64,000 bases of DNA from NCBI GenBank assembly GCA_963818885.1, contig CAWFTP010000001.1, forward strand, positions 122,486 through 186,485, in the 5' to 3' direction. The translations under genes were made by a program, and so were the position numbers. Of the stretch, positions 42,374-52,319 are shown in pieces. Origin of the DNA: an uncultured Pseudomonadota bacterium (lineage in GTDB: Bacteria > Pseudomonadota > Alphaproteobacteria > Acetobacterales > Acetobacteraceae). How positions within the stretch are numbered: the first letter of the stretch is position 1; each line of letters begins with the position of its first letter. Below the pieces are notes generated by a model. The model saw only the letters and a list, made by a program, of their open reading frames with translations. It was not told the DNA's origin and did no database searches.

Positions 42374-43702
42374 TCACACCAGCTCCCCTGGTCCGTTTGG
42401 CTCAATCGGCAGTAGCAGGCCCGACACCGGCCGCATCGGCGGCTCGACCACCCCAGCCGCCCGCCCCCAGCGCAGCGTGCCCGCCGCCCCGCACACCGGG
42501 CAGGCGGGATGCCACGCCGCCTGCGGGGTATGGCACGCGCCGCACACCCAACTCGGGTCCGGATCGGCGGCCGCCGCTTGCCGCAGCGCGTCGCGCTGGG
42601 CGCGACGACCCGTCTCGGTGTCGCCGCCTTCCGCCTCCTCGATCGCGGCCAGCAGCAGGAACAGGCGGCGATCGTTCATGCCCGCCGCGCGCGCCGCTTC
42701 GGCCTGCCGCCGCGCTTCTCCCGTCAACCCCGCGTCTAGGGCGGTAGCGGCCAGCAGGTACCGACTCTCCGGCGCCTCGATGTTTCCCTCTGTCAGCCGC
42801 TGCGCCGCCTTGGCGCGGCCAAGTTCGTCGTTGATCCCCGCTAGCGCGAACGCCGCCAGATCGGGATGCGGCGCCCGCATCCAGGCTTGGCGAATGACGG
42901 CCTGGGCACGCCGCTCCGAGCCGCTCTCGCGAAGCCGCCTTGCGTAGGCGAGCGCCGCCGGCGCGAGCGACGGATCGTCGTTGAAAGCCTGCTTGGCGAG
43001 CCTGAGCGCGCGCGCCGGGTCCGGTTCGACATCCGCCGCCGCCGCCGCCAGCGCCGCCTTGGGCGCGTCGGCGTCCGCGAGCGCCAGCGCGTCGGCCCAG
43101 TTCCCTGCCCGGATCGCGAGCTGCGCACGCTCGCTGCGCAGCCATACCGCTCCGGGATGAGCGTATTCGGCCTTTCGCGCGAGTTCCGCCGCCTCGGCCC
43201 AGTCGCGCCGCTCCATCGCCTGGCGCAGTAGGCCGCGATAGCCCAGGAACGCGGCGTCTGGGCGCGCGGTCAGCGCGCGGAGGGCGCCCGTCGCCTCTTC
43301 CTCTCGTCCGGCGCCGCGCCCCGCCTCGGCGGCAAGCAGCAGAGTCTGCGGCGTATCGCCGAGCAGCCGGCGCGCCCGCGCCGCCTCCCGCCGCGCTGTC
43401 GCCGCCTCGCCCGCCGCCAGCGCCACCAGGGCGCGCGTCGTCGCCGCGTCGCCCGCCCGTCGCCGCGATGCCGCGCGCCGGGCCGAGATGCTGCGCGGCA
43501 GACGCCACAACGCGCCGATCAGCCGCAGGAGCACGTAGAGCACGATGAAGCAGGCGAGCAGCCCGAGCGCGACCACCGCGGTCGCCGCCTGGAAGGTGGT
43601 CTGCCCGAAGGTCGCCGTGACGGTCCCCGGCAGGCCGGCCAGGAGCCACGCGCAGCCGACGACGATGACCGCGACGATCAGCGCGAGCAGGACGCGCAGC
43701 AT
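42374..43702 (-). CDS. HemY-like protein (HemY_N domain, TPR-rich inner membrane protein)
   Basis: 442 aa with two N-terminal TM segments followed by an Ala/Arg-rich TPR-like region and a C-terminal Cys motif (CGACHTPQAAWHPACPVCG). It occupies the position after hemCD. Confidence 0.8.
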   Translation of the reverse strand: MLRVLLALIVAVIVVGCAWLLAGLPGTVTATFGQTTFQAATAVVALGLLACFIVLYVLLRLIGALWRLPRSISARRAASRRRAGDAATTRALVALAAGEAATARREAARARRLLGDTPQTLLLAAEAGRGAGREEEATGALRALTARPDAAFLGYRGLLRQAMERRDWAEAAELARKAEYAHPGAVWLRSERAQLAIRAGNWADALALADADAPKAALAAAAADVEPDPARALRLAKQAFNDDPSLAPAALAYARRLRESGSERRAQAVIRQAWMRAPHPDLAAFALAGINDELGRAKAAQRLTEGNIEAPESRYLLAATALDAGLTGEARRQAEAARAAGMNDRRLFLLLAAIEEAEGGDTETGRRAQRDALRQAAAADPDPSWVCGACHTPQAAWHPACPVCGAAGTLRWGRAAGVVEPPMRPVSGLLLPIEPNGPGELV

Positions 43703-44832
43703 CAGTGCGGCTCCGCCATGCCCAGCAGCGCCGAGCGCGCGGCGAGCAGCGCCCGCGCCTGGGCGAGCCAGCCGGAAACGGCATCGGTCGCCGGTCCGGT
43801 CAGCTTGGAGAGCGCGTCCACCGCGCCCCCGACGTCGCCCGCGTCGATCGCTTCCTGGGCGCGCGCGATGATGCCCGCCGCCGGATCGCCGACCAGCACA
43901 TGATCGCCTTGGCGTACCGTGACCAGGCTCTGCGCCCGTTGCCAGACCCGGTCGAGGAAGCGCTTGTCGGCATCGTTCGGCGCGCTCGCCGCCAGCGCTG
44001 CACGGGCGACCGCCGGGAAGGAACGGCGCAGCGACTCCACCGTGGGCGGCGACTCGGTGGCGAAGCGGGCGACCGCGGGCGGCGCGCCCGGGATCGCCCC
44101 CAACGACTGCCCGGCACGCAGCGCCGCCAGCGCCGCCTGCGCCCTGATCGTACCCTCCGTCCGCCCCAGCGCCGCATCGATCTGGCCGACCCTGTCGCGC
44201 AGCGCGTCCAGCGCCTTGGCCTGGGCGTCGATTCGCCCGGTCAGCCCGGAATCCGCGTTCGTCGCCCGCTCGGTCAACGCCTTCACCTGATCGGCGAGGG
44301 ATTGCTGCTCATGGGCAATCTGCCCGATCTGATCGCGCAGCGAGGCAAGCCCGGCCATCTGCTGACTCAGCGCGGCCAGCTTCTGCTGCAGCGGCCCGAG
44401 GTCCACCGGCGCCGAAGCAACGGGTTTCGGCGCATGCTCCAGCGCCGCGACCCGGTTCTCCAGCGTCGAGAGCTCGGGCGGCGCCGGCGGCTTGCGCGCT
44501 GCGAGGTCGGTGAGCTGAGCCTGCAGCGAGGCCAGCGCCTGCGGCTGTGCCGCCGGACGGGCGGCGAGCTGCTTTACCTGCGCCTCCAGCGCCTGGATGC
44601 GCTGGGTCAGCACCTCCACGGGCTGCGGCTGGGTCCGCTCCGGCGGGGCCACCGGAAAGACCCACAGCAGGATGACCGCGAGCCCGAGCACCACGAAGGC
44701 GAGGCCGAAGACCCACGGCACCAGGCTGGCCTGCCGCCGGGGTGGCGGAGGCGGCGGCGGTGGCGGCACATCGGCGACGGGCGCGGACGCGCTCTCGGCC
44801 GGCACGGGGTCGGGGGCGGGCTCGTCGGTCAT
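43702..44832 (-). CDS. Mitofilin/Mic60-like (COG4223) membrane protein
   Basis: Pro-rich N-terminus, a single TM segment, a long coiled coil, and a C-terminal mitofilin-like region (FLDRVWQRAQSLVTVRQ...AIDAGDVGGAVDALSKL). It lies between hemD and hemY, as described for alphaproteobacterial Mic60 homologs. Confidence 0.65.
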   Translation of the reverse strand: MTDEPAPDPVPAESASAPVADVPPPPPPPPPRRQASLVPWVFGLAFVVLGLAVILLWVFPVAPPERTQPQPVEVLTQRIQALEAQVKQLAARPAAQPQALASLQAQLTDLAARKPPAPPELSTLENRVAALEHAPKPVASAPVDLGPLQQKLAALSQQMAGLASLRDQIGQIAHEQQSLADQVKALTERATNADSGLTGRIDAQAKALDALRDRVGQIDAALGRTEGTIRAQAALAALRAGQSLGAIPGAPPAVARFATESPPTVESLRRSFPAVARAALAASAPNDADKRFLDRVWQRAQSLVTVRQGDHVLVGDPAAGIIARAQEAIDAGDVGGAVDALSKLTGPATDAVSGWLAQARALLAARSALLGMAEPH

Positions 44833-45528
44833 TCTTGCAGCAATGCCAGCAGATCGTCCTGGGTGGGGCGGGCGGCGACGCGCAGGCGCCGCCAGGGCAG
44901 CGTCTCTAATGCCACGCGCGCCTTCTCCCCGATAGCGCAGGCTTCAGCTTCGCGCACACCCGCGTCCAAGCCCTGCCGGCGAACCGCCGCGACGAAGGCC
45001 CGCGCGGTCGCCGCCGAAAAGAAGAGCGCCGCGTGCAGCCCGTCGCGGAAGGCGGCGCACGCCGTTGGCGGCAGGTACCGGCGCCGGCACCGCCACGTAC
45101 GCGGTCCGCCGATGCACCATGTAGCCGTCAAGGCGCAGCGCCGCCGCCAACTCTGTCCCCTGCCCCTGCCCGGACGCCAACAGCAGCACCGCGCCTCGGC
45201 GCATCCGCTCACCGACCAGCGCCCTTAGAGCTGCGGCATCGCCATCGGCGTGCCACACATCGGCGAACCCCTGCACGCGGGCGGCGGCGGCGCTTGCCGC
45301 GCCCACCGCGAGCAGCGGCGCCGCATGCAGCGTCGTCGGTAGACCTGGCAGTGCGTTGCGGCTGGTCAGCAGTACCGCATCCACCCGCACCGGCAGCCGA
45401 ACGGGTAAGGCGCGGATCGTCAGCATAGGCGCGAGCACCGGCTCGAAGCCCATCGCCGCGACAAGTCGCGCCGTCGTCCCCGCATCCTTCGTCGGACGGG
45501 TGATCAGCACCGTCCTAACCGAAGACAT
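44829..45528 (-). pseudogene. hemD: Uroporphyrinogen-III synthase HemD, frame broken near 45073-45080
   Basis: ORF 44944..45528 (MSSVRTVLITRP...LDGYMVHRRTAYVAVPAP) continues in the frame of ORF 44829..45212 (LPPTACAAFRDGLHAALFFSAATARAF...). Confidence 0.75.
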
Positions 45529-46498
45529 CGCCCGGCGTGTCCCGCTTCAGGCTGGCGCCCAGCTCGGCGCCGATCCGCGCGGCGTCGGACGGGTGCCCGC
45601 CGCGCTCGCGGCGCAGCAGGAAGCTGCCGTCCTCCCGCGCCACAAGCCCGGTCAGCATCAGCTCATCGTCCGACACCAGCCGCGCGTATCCGCCGATCGG
45701 CGTGCGGCACGACCCGTCCAGCGCCGCGAGCAACGCGCGCTCGGCGGTGGCGACCGCGCGCGCCTCGGCATCCTCGATTCCCCCCAGCAGCGCGCGCAGC
45801 TCGGCATCAGCTTCGCGCACCGTGACAGCGACGATCCCCTGCCCCGCGGCGGGCACGAACATCTCGGGATCGAGCACCAGTGCCGCCTCCGCCTCCAGCC
45901 CGAGGCGCCGCAGCCCGGCGAGCGCGAGCAGCGAGGCATCGCAGGCGCCGGCGTTGATCTTGGCAAGGCGCGTCTGCACGTTCCCGCGCAGCACCGCCGT
46001 CCGCAGGTCGGGCCGCGCGTGCAGAAGCTGCGCCCGCCGCCGCGACGAGGCGGTGCCGACCAGGGCGCCGCGCGGCAGGCAGGCGAACGGCGCAGCGGGG
46101 TCGGGCGCCGCGCAGCCTGGGCCGAGCACCAGCGCGTCGCGCGCGTCCTCGCGCTTGAGCGTGCAGGCGAGCACGACGCCGGCGGGGAGCTGCGTCTCCA
46201 GATCCTTGAGGCTGTGGACCGCGAAATCGATGCGGCCGGCCGCCAGCGCCTCGTGGATCTCTTTGGCGAAGAGTCCCTTGCCGCCGATCTCGGCGAGGCT
46301 GCGGTCCTGCACCGCATCGCCCGTCGTACGGATGACATGCTCCTCGAACACGTCCATCTCGCGCAGCACCGGGCAGAAGCCACGCAGCATGCCGAGAAAG
46401 CCGCGGGTCTGCACCAGCGCGAGCGGCGAGCCACGCGTGCCGACGCGCAGCGGCAGGCCGCGCGCATGCGGGGCGACACGGGACGTGGCGGCACTCAT
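45515..46498 (-). CDS. hemC: Hydroxymethylbilane synthase (porphobilinogen deaminase)
   Basis: LRVGTRGSPLALVQT...GGKGLFAKEI...DFAVHSLKD...RGNVQTRL are canonical HemC motifs. Confidence 0.95.
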   Translation of the reverse strand: MSAATSRVAPHARGLPLRVGTRGSPLALVQTRGFLGMLRGFCPVLREMDVFEEHVIRTTGDAVQDRSLAEIGGKGLFAKEIHEALAAGRIDFAVHSLKDLETQLPAGVVLACTLKREDARDALVLGPGCAAPDPAAPFACLPRGALVGTASSRRRAQLLHARPDLRTAVLRGNVQTRLAKINAGACDASLLALAGLRRLGLEAEAALVLDPEMFVPAAGQGIVAVTVREADAELRALLGGIEDAEARAVATAERALLAALDGSCRTPIGGYARLVSDDELMLTGLVAREDGSFLLRRERGGHPSDAARIGAELGASLKRDTPGDVFG

Positions 46499-46548
46499 CG
46501 CCGTGTCCTATTACCACCGCCCGCGCGCGTGAAGATGGAGGGTAGCGG

Positions 46549-47587
46549 ATGGGTCCCGTCTTAGGGATCGAGAGTTCCTGCGATGACACGGCGGCGGCGG
46601 TGCTCGATGCCGACGGCCGTGTGCTCGCCGAAGCCGTCGCGGGCCAGGAGGGCGCGCACGCCCCCTTCGGCGGCGTGGTGCCGGAGATCGCCGCGCGCGC
46701 GCATCTCGCGCTGCTGCCCGGCCTCGTGCGCTCCGTGACCGCGCGCGCCGGGGTGGCGATGACGGAGCTCGGCGGCGTCGCTGGGACCGCCGGCCCGGGG
46801 CTGATCGGCGGGCTGATCGTCGGCACCAACGTCGCCAAGGGCATCGCGCTAGCGGCGGGCATCCCCTACGTGGGCGTGAACCATCTGGAGGCGCACGCGC
46901 TCACCGTCCGCCTGCCCGGGCTGATCGAAGGCGGCGCCCCGTTCCCCTATCTGCTGCTGCTGGTCTCCGGCGGGCACTGCCTCTGCGTCGCCGTCGCCGG
47001 GATCGGGCGGCACATCCGACTGGGCGGCACGGTTGACGACGCGGCGGGCGAGGCATTCGACAAGGTCGCGAAGCTGCTGGGCCTTGGCTGGCCTGGCGGT
47101 CCGGCGCTGGAACGCCTCGCCGCCGAGGGCAACCCGCGCCGCCACGCCTTTCCCCGTCCGATGCTGGGCCGCCCCGGCTGCGACTTCAGCCTCTCCGGCC
47201 TGAAGACAGCGGTCGCCCGCGAGGTGGCCCGCCAGGAAGAGGGCAGCCTGCCGCGCGCCACCGCCGCGGACATCGCCGCGAGCTTCCAGGCCGCGGCCGC
47301 CGAGGTGCTGGCCGACCGCGCCGGCAACGCGATGGCCCTGTTCGCCGACCGCTTTCCCGAGGCCGCGCGCCTGCTGGTCGTCGCTGGCGGCGTCGCCGCC
47401 AACGCCTTGATCCGCTCTTCCCTGAGCGACGCCACAGGCGCGCACGGCTTTCGCCTCGCCATCCCCCCTCCCCGCCTCTGCATCGACAACGCGGTGATGG
47501 TCGCCTGGGCGGGAATTCGAACGCCTCCGCCTCGGCCTCACAGAGACCATGGCGTTGGAGCCGCGCCCACGCTGGCCGCTAGGATAG
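46549..47587 (+). pseudogene. tsaD: tRNA N6-adenosine threonylcarbamoyltransferase TsaD, C-terminal frame break near 47514-47519
   Basis: VLGIESSCDDTAAAV...GVNHLEAH...DDAAGEAFDKVAK is intact up to ..AWAGI. The expected tail ERLRLGLTETMALEPRPRWPLG* is read after a one-nucleotide shift (stop at 47585-47587). The track ORF instead runs on to 47679. Confidence 0.9.
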
Positions 47588-47647
47588 GGGTTGCGCACAT
47601 GCGCACATTGCGTGATCTTCCCGCCATGCCGCCCGCAAGAACGAGAG

Positions 47648-47677
47648 GCGGCCGCGTGCCGACGGCCGCAGTCTTCT
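47648..47677 (+). terminator. Possible rho-independent terminator after tsaD
   Basis: gcggccg-cgtgccga-cggccgc stem-loop followed by agtcttct. Confidence 0.3.
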
Positions 47678-47815
47678 AAACCGCTGGCTTCGGCGAACGT
47701 AAAGCCCTCTCAGCGGGGGTGCCCTGCCCACGGCTGCTCGTCCAGCGGAACGCCTGGCTGATACCAGCCAATCTCACGATCGTACACCACCAGCGCGCCG
47801 GGGGGCGTTGTGGGC

Positions 47816-48148
47816 TCAACCTTCTCTAGGCAGGACCTCGACCGCTCCACCATAGTTCTCAGCTGCGATCCGATAGTAGTCTCCCGGCCTGAGAGTCGCG
47901 AGGTGGTCGATTGTGCGCATAATGCACGAGTTGACCGCGAGCGTGTTTGTTTTCTCGGTTGCCAGCTCCTCTGCGTTCGGGGACGCCGCGGCCGGCAGAT
48001 CAGGATGTGCGACGTAGCGCTGCTTCGGCACGAATCCGTCGTAGTAGCAGTACCCGGGCGGGGCACAGGCGCCGAGCGCCAGGGCTCCGCCAACAGTCGC
48101 CGCAAGAGCCGTGAGTTTTATGTCGGCTCCGATCACTTCGCGGATCAT
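47816..48148 (-). CDS. Small putative lipoprotein, hypothetical (in an AT-richer patch)
   Basis: MIREVIGADIKLTALAATVGGALALGAC carries a lipobox. I recognise no family. The reading may continue by a frame shift at about 47820 into ...EPTTPPGALVVYDREIGWYQPGVPLDEQPW (to 47710). Confidence 0.45.
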   Translation of the reverse strand: MIREVIGADIKLTALAATVGGALALGACAPPGYCYYDGFVPKQRYVAHPDLPAAASPNAEELATEKTNTLAVNSCIMRTIDHLATLRPGDYYRIAAENYGGAVEVLPREG

Positions 48149-48343
48149 GCGAAGGAATCCCCCATAGGGTCGGTCGCGCCGCAGACTCCCCAGGTCAACC
48201 ACAACTTTGTCCGTTGATATCGATGATCATCGATCTCCAACGTGCAGCTTTAGGAAGATCTCTTTATACGGCAGAAATGGCTATCACACCTTATCCTCTG
48301 TTTGCCGGTTGAAGCGATCCGTCAGTACTTTGGATGCTTCGTC

Positions 48344-49753
48344 TCAATGCCCCGCGTTCCCACCCGCGAAATCCGGCGCTGCCAGTCCTGACGTCTCCAA
48401 ATGCCGCACTAAATCCGTCTTCAGCCGCTCCAGCCCGGCCGCCGAGCTCGCCTCCGCCCGCGCCACCAGTACCGCCTGCGTGTTGGACGCGCGCAGCAGC
48501 CACCAGCCGTCACCGGTCAGCACGCGCACGCCGTCGATCTCCGATACCGTCGCGCCCTCCTTGCGCAAGCGCGCCGCGACTTCCTCGACGACGCGGAACT
48601 TGCGCCCCTCCTCGCAGTCGAAGCGCAGCTCGGGCGTGTTCACAACGTGCGGCAGTGCCTGCACCATCTCGGATAGCGGGCGGTCCATCCGCGCGACAAT
48701 GCCCAGCGCGCGCACCGCGACATACAGCGCGTCGTCGAACCCGTACCAATGGTCGCCGAAGAAGATGTGGCCCGACATCTCGCCGGCGAGCGGAGCGCCG
48801 ATCTCGGCCATCTTTGCCTTGATCAGGCTGTGCCCGGTCTTGAACATCAGCGGATCGCCGCCGGCGCGGGCGATCTCGTCGAACAGCACCTGGCTCGCCT
48901 TCACGTCGCCGATGATCGTGGCACCCGGGTGGTTCCGCAGCACGTCGCGGGCGAGCAAGATCATGATGTGGTCGCCGAACATGATCGTGCCGGTGTCGTC
49001 GACGATCCCGATTCGGTCGGCGTCGCCGTCGAACGCGATCCCGATATCGGCGCGGCGTTTCCGCACCTCCGCGATCAGTTGCTCGAGGTTCTTGGGCACC
49101 GTCGGGTCCGGATGATGCGCCGGAAAGCGCCCGTCGATCGTCCCATTCAGGATCGTGTGCTCGCCCGGCAACCCCGCGACGAGCCGCGCGAGGATCTCGC
49201 CCGCCGCGCCATTCCCGTTGTCCCACACGGCCTTGAGCGCGCGATCGCCGCCGTCCCAATCCGACAGCAGCCGCGCGACGTAGTCGCCCGACACGTCGAC
49301 GTCGCGCACGCTCCCCTGCGCCTCAGCCACCACGTCACCCTTGGCCGCGAGCGCGCCGAGATCGGTGATCTGCGCGCCGAAGAACGGCTTGCGGCCGAGC
49401 ATGATCTTGAACCCGTTATAGTCGGGTGGGTTGTGGCTACCGGTCACCATCACCGCGCCATCGGTCTCCAGCGTCGTCGCGGCGAAATAGAGCATAGGGG
49501 TCGGGCCGCGGCCGACACGCAGCACGTCGACGCCGCTCGCACGCAGGCCAGCGACAAGCGCCGCCTCCATGTCGGGGCTCGACAGCCGTCCGTCATAGCC
49601 GGTCGCCACCGTGCGACCGCCGCCGCGCACGACGATGCTGCCGAAGGTTCGCCCGATCGCGAACGCATCCTTCGGGTGCAGCGTGTCGTCAATGACACCA
49701 CGAATGTCGTATTCGCGCAGCATCGTCGGGTGGAAGTCGTGCGAGAAATCCAT
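48344..49753 (-). CDS. Phosphomannomutase/phosphoglucomutase
   Basis: 469 aa with active-site loop [16 protein letters not shown] and metal site FDGDADR. Confidence 0.9.
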   Translation of the reverse strand: MDFSHDFHPTMLREYDIRGVIDDTLHPKDAFAIGRTFGSIVVRGGGRTVATGYDGRLSSPDMEAALVAGLRASGVDVLRVGRGPTPMLYFAATTLETDGAVMVTGSHNPPDYNGFKIMLGRKPFFGAQITDLGALAAKGDVVAEAQGSVRDVDVSGDYVARLLSDWDGGDRALKAVWDNGNGAAGEILARLVAGLPGEHTILNGTIDGRFPAHHPDPTVPKNLEQLIAEVRKRRADIGIAFDGDADRIGIVDDTGTIMFGDHIMILLARDVLRNHPGATIIGDVKASQVLFDEIARAGGDPLMFKTGHSLIKAKMAEIGAPLAGEMSGHIFFGDHWYGFDDALYVAVRALGIVARMDRPLSEMVQALPHVVNTPELRFDCEEGRKFRVVEEVAARLRKEGATVSEIDGVRVLTGDGWWLLRASNTQAVLVARAEASSAAGLERLKTDLVRHLETSGLAAPDFAGGNAGH

Positions 49754-49757
49754 CCGC

Positions 49758-50630
49758 TCAGCCCTCGGCGTAGGTCTTGAGGAAATCGCGTACCGCCGGC
49801 GCGAGGTCGGGGCGCTTCAGCGCGAAGGCGATCTGCGCCTCCAAAAAGCCGACCTTGTCGCCGCAGTCGAACCGCCGCCCCTCATAGCGCAACCCGTGGA
49901 ACGGCTGCCTGCCGATCAGCCCCGCCATGCCGTCGGTGAGCTGCACCTCGCCGCCGGCGCCGCGCTCCATGCGCGAGAGCTCGCCGATCACCTCCGGCAT
50001 CAGGACATAGCGGCCGATGATCGACAGGTTGGACGGCGCGTCCTTCGGATCGGGCTTCTCGACCAGGCCCTCCACCTCCACCAGCCTGCCGTCATCCCGC
50101 CCGATGCGCAGAATGCCGTAGCGGTTGGTCTGTTCTCGTGGAACCTCGGTCACGGCGACCACATTGCCGCCGGTATCGCGATAGACGTCGGCGAGCTGGC
50201 GCAGGCATGGCGTGTCGGCGAGCACGAGGTCGTCGGGCAGCAGGATGGCGAACGGGTCCTCGCCGATGAAGGCCCGCGCGCACCAGATGGCGTGACCCAG
50301 ACCGAGCGGAATCTGCTGGCGCACCGTCACCAGAGAGCCCGGCTCGACCTGGGTCGGCTTCAGGGCCGCGAGCGCGTCGGTCTTGTCGCGCTCGCGCAGG
50401 GTCGCCTCCAGCTCGAAGGCGATGTCGAAATGTTCGACCAGCGAGGTCTTGCCGCGTCCGGTTACCATGCAAAACTGCTCGATGCCGGCGGCGCGTGCCT
50501 CCTCGATCGCGTATTGGATCAGCGGCTTGTCGACGACGGGCAGCATCTCCTTGGCGAGTGCCTTGGTGGCGGGCAGGAACCTCGTCCCGAGGCCCGCGAC
50601 GGGCAGGACAGCCTTGCGGAGCGGCTTCAT
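49758..50630 (-). CDS. galU: UTP--glucose-1-phosphate uridylyltransferase
   Basis: [37 protein letters not shown] is the GalU signature. Confidence 0.95.
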   Translation of the reverse strand: MKPLRKAVLPVAGLGTRFLPATKALAKEMLPVVDKPLIQYAIEEARAAGIEQFCMVTGRGKTSLVEHFDIAFELEATLRERDKTDALAALKPTQVEPGSLVTVRQQIPLGLGHAIWCARAFIGEDPFAILLPDDLVLADTPCLRQLADVYRDTGGNVVAVTEVPREQTNRYGILRIGRDDGRLVEVEGLVEKPDPKDAPSNLSIIGRYVLMPEVIGELSRMERGAGGEVQLTDGMAGLIGRQPFHGLRYEGRRFDCGDKVGFLEAQIAFALKRPDLAPAVRDFLKTYAEG

Positions 50631-50661
50631 CGGCGGAGGATCTCCTCGTCAAGTAAGCGGT

Positions 50662-51147
50662 TCAAGCGCGCCGGCGACCGAGCAGCACGTCGCGTGCCTG
50701 GTTGATCCGCGCGGCGACCCAGTCCGACCCGCCGTTGTCGGGATGCGCGGCGCGCATCAGACGCTTGTGGGCGGCCCGTATCTCGGCCTCGGTCGCGCCG
50801 GGGGCGATCCCGAGCACCTCATAGGCCTCCTCCCGCGACATCCCGGACCCGCGCGGCGGCGGCGGACGTGATGCTCCCCCGCCCATCGCTCTTGCATAGG
50901 GACGGAACGCGGCGGCGGCCGCACTTCGCTGCCATTTCTCCCAGATGAGCGGCAAAATCAGGGACCCTGCGGCGATCGCCCCGCCGGCCCGCCCGGTCAG
51001 GACCATGATGAGCGCGAGGCTGAGGCCGCCGAGCGCGACGACCCAGACGAAGAGCAGCTTGATGCTGCCGATCGATGCCCGCTCGAACGCGCGCAGCCCG
51101 AACAGGAAGGCGAATAGGACAACACCGCCGAGGGCGAGATACAGCAT
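50662..51147 (-). CDS. Membrane-anchored J-domain protein (Tim14/Pam18-like)
   Basis: From the ATG at 51147: three hydrophobic segments, then a J domain (EAYEVLGIAPGATEAEIRAAHKRLMRAAHPDNGG). Confidence 0.7.
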   Translation of the reverse strand: MLYLALGGVVLFAFLFGLRAFERASIGSIKLLFVWVVALGGLSLALIMVLTGRAGGAIAAGSLILPLIWEKWQRSAAAAAFRPYARAMGGGASRPPPPRGSGMSREEAYEVLGIAPGATEAEIRAAHKRLMRAAHPDNGGSDWVAARINQARDVLLGRRRA

Positions 51148-51206
51148 CAGATCCGTATCAGTGCAAGAAACCGGAGTAACCAAGATAGGCCCCAGGCCGG
51201 CTCGCC

Positions 51207-52319
51207 TCAATCCGAGGTCGCGAGAGTGCGTTCCCAGATCGCACGGTCGCTCGGACACTCCGTTGCGATCACCACGACGCGACTGTCGGCATTCAGGTGC
51301 AGATCGGCGGCAAGGTGGGCGGCACGCATCAGCCCGGCAAGGCCGGCCGCGCCCGATTCGCCGACCGCGAGCGCCGGATCGCCGGCTTCGGGTCGCGCCA
51401 GCGCGCGAACGGCGGCGCGGGCGAGCCCGTCCGCGACCGCCATGAATGCCGAGGCATGGGACGCGAGCACCGGCCAGGCGAGCGGCGACGGCTCCCCGCA
51501 TTCGAGCATCGCCATCACCGTGTCGCCCGTGGCGATCCGGACCGGCCGTCCGGCCTGCGCGCTGGCGAGGCAGCAGGCGGCGCCTTCGGGCTCCACCACG
51601 ATGAAGCGCGGCCCCGCCCCACGGCGCGCCGTCCAGTGCGCCATGAAGGCAGCAGCCAGCCCCCCGACGCCGGCCTGCAGGAACACATGCGTCACATCAT
51701 CGCCAGCGAGCGCGTCGAGCACCTCGTGGACGAGAACGGAGTAGCCCTGCATCACCAGGGCGCAGGCGCGCGCGTCGTTCTCAGGCGCGGTGTCGGCCAC
51801 CAGAAGCCAGCCGTTCGCTGCCGCATCGGCCGCTGCCCGCGCTACCGCCTCGTCGTAGCTGCCGGCGACGCGCACGATCCGCGCACCGAACGTGGCGATG
51901 CGCTCCGCCCGCTTCTCGGTGACGGCGCTCGGCAGGTAGACGACGCTCGATCCCCCGAACAGGCGTGCGCCCGCCGCGACGGAGCGGCCGTGATTGCCGT
52001 CGGACGCGCAGCACGCTGTCAGGCCGCGCGTCGCGACCTTGAAGCGCTCCAAGACGTAGTCGGCCGGCGCAAGCGGCCCGAGCACGCGCGCCGCCTCTTC
52101 CGCGAACAGTGTCGCGACGGCGAATACGCCGCCCAGCGCCTTGAAGCTGCCAAGACCGAGGCGCTCCGTCTCGTCCTTGACCAGCAGCGCCCCGATGCCG
52201 AGCCGCCGGGCGAGGCCGGGCAAGCTGAGCAGGGGTGTCGGCCGGTAGAGCGGGCATGCGGAGAGGAGGCGCAGCGGCTCGCTCGCGGCGTCCGCGCCGA
52301 GGAACGGTGGCGCCGCCAT
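51207..52319 (-). CDS. Diaminopropionate ammonia-lyase family PLP enzyme
   Basis: LLVKDETERLGLGSFKALGG (PLP-lysine motif) and ...SDGNHGRSVA. The start is taken at MAAPPF, which overlaps the maeB stop by 1 nt. Confidence 0.7.
   Translation of the reverse strand: MAAPPFLGADAASEPLRLLSACPLYRPTPLLSLPGLARRLGIGALLVKDETERLGLGSFKALGGVFAVATLFAEEAARVLGPLAPADYVLERFKVATRGLTACCASDGNHGRSVAAGARLFGGSSVVYLPSAVTEKRAERIATFGARIVRVAGSYDEAVARAAADAAANGWLLVADTAPENDARACALVMQGYSVLVHEVLDALAGDDVTHVFLQAGVGGLAAAFMAHWTARRGAGPRFIVVEPEGAACCLASAQAGRPVRIATGDTVMAMLECGEPSPLAWPVLASHASAFMAVADGLARAAVRALARPEAGDPALAVGESGAAGLAGLMRAAHLAADLHLNADSRVVVIATECPSDRAIWERTLATSD

Noticed and set aside
42402-43784. 460-aa alternative-frame ORF overlapping the hemY-like gene
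   Set aside because: It is on the same strand but out of frame, with Arg/Gly-rich nonsense. The 442-aa frame has TM helices and a TPR-like sequence.
44745-44775. GGC/GGT-rich tandem-looking repeat
   Set aside because: It simply encodes the poly-proline tract (PPPPPPPPPP) of the Mic60-like protein on the minus strand. Similar tracts at 5225-5275 and 63940-64000 encode poly-Gly.
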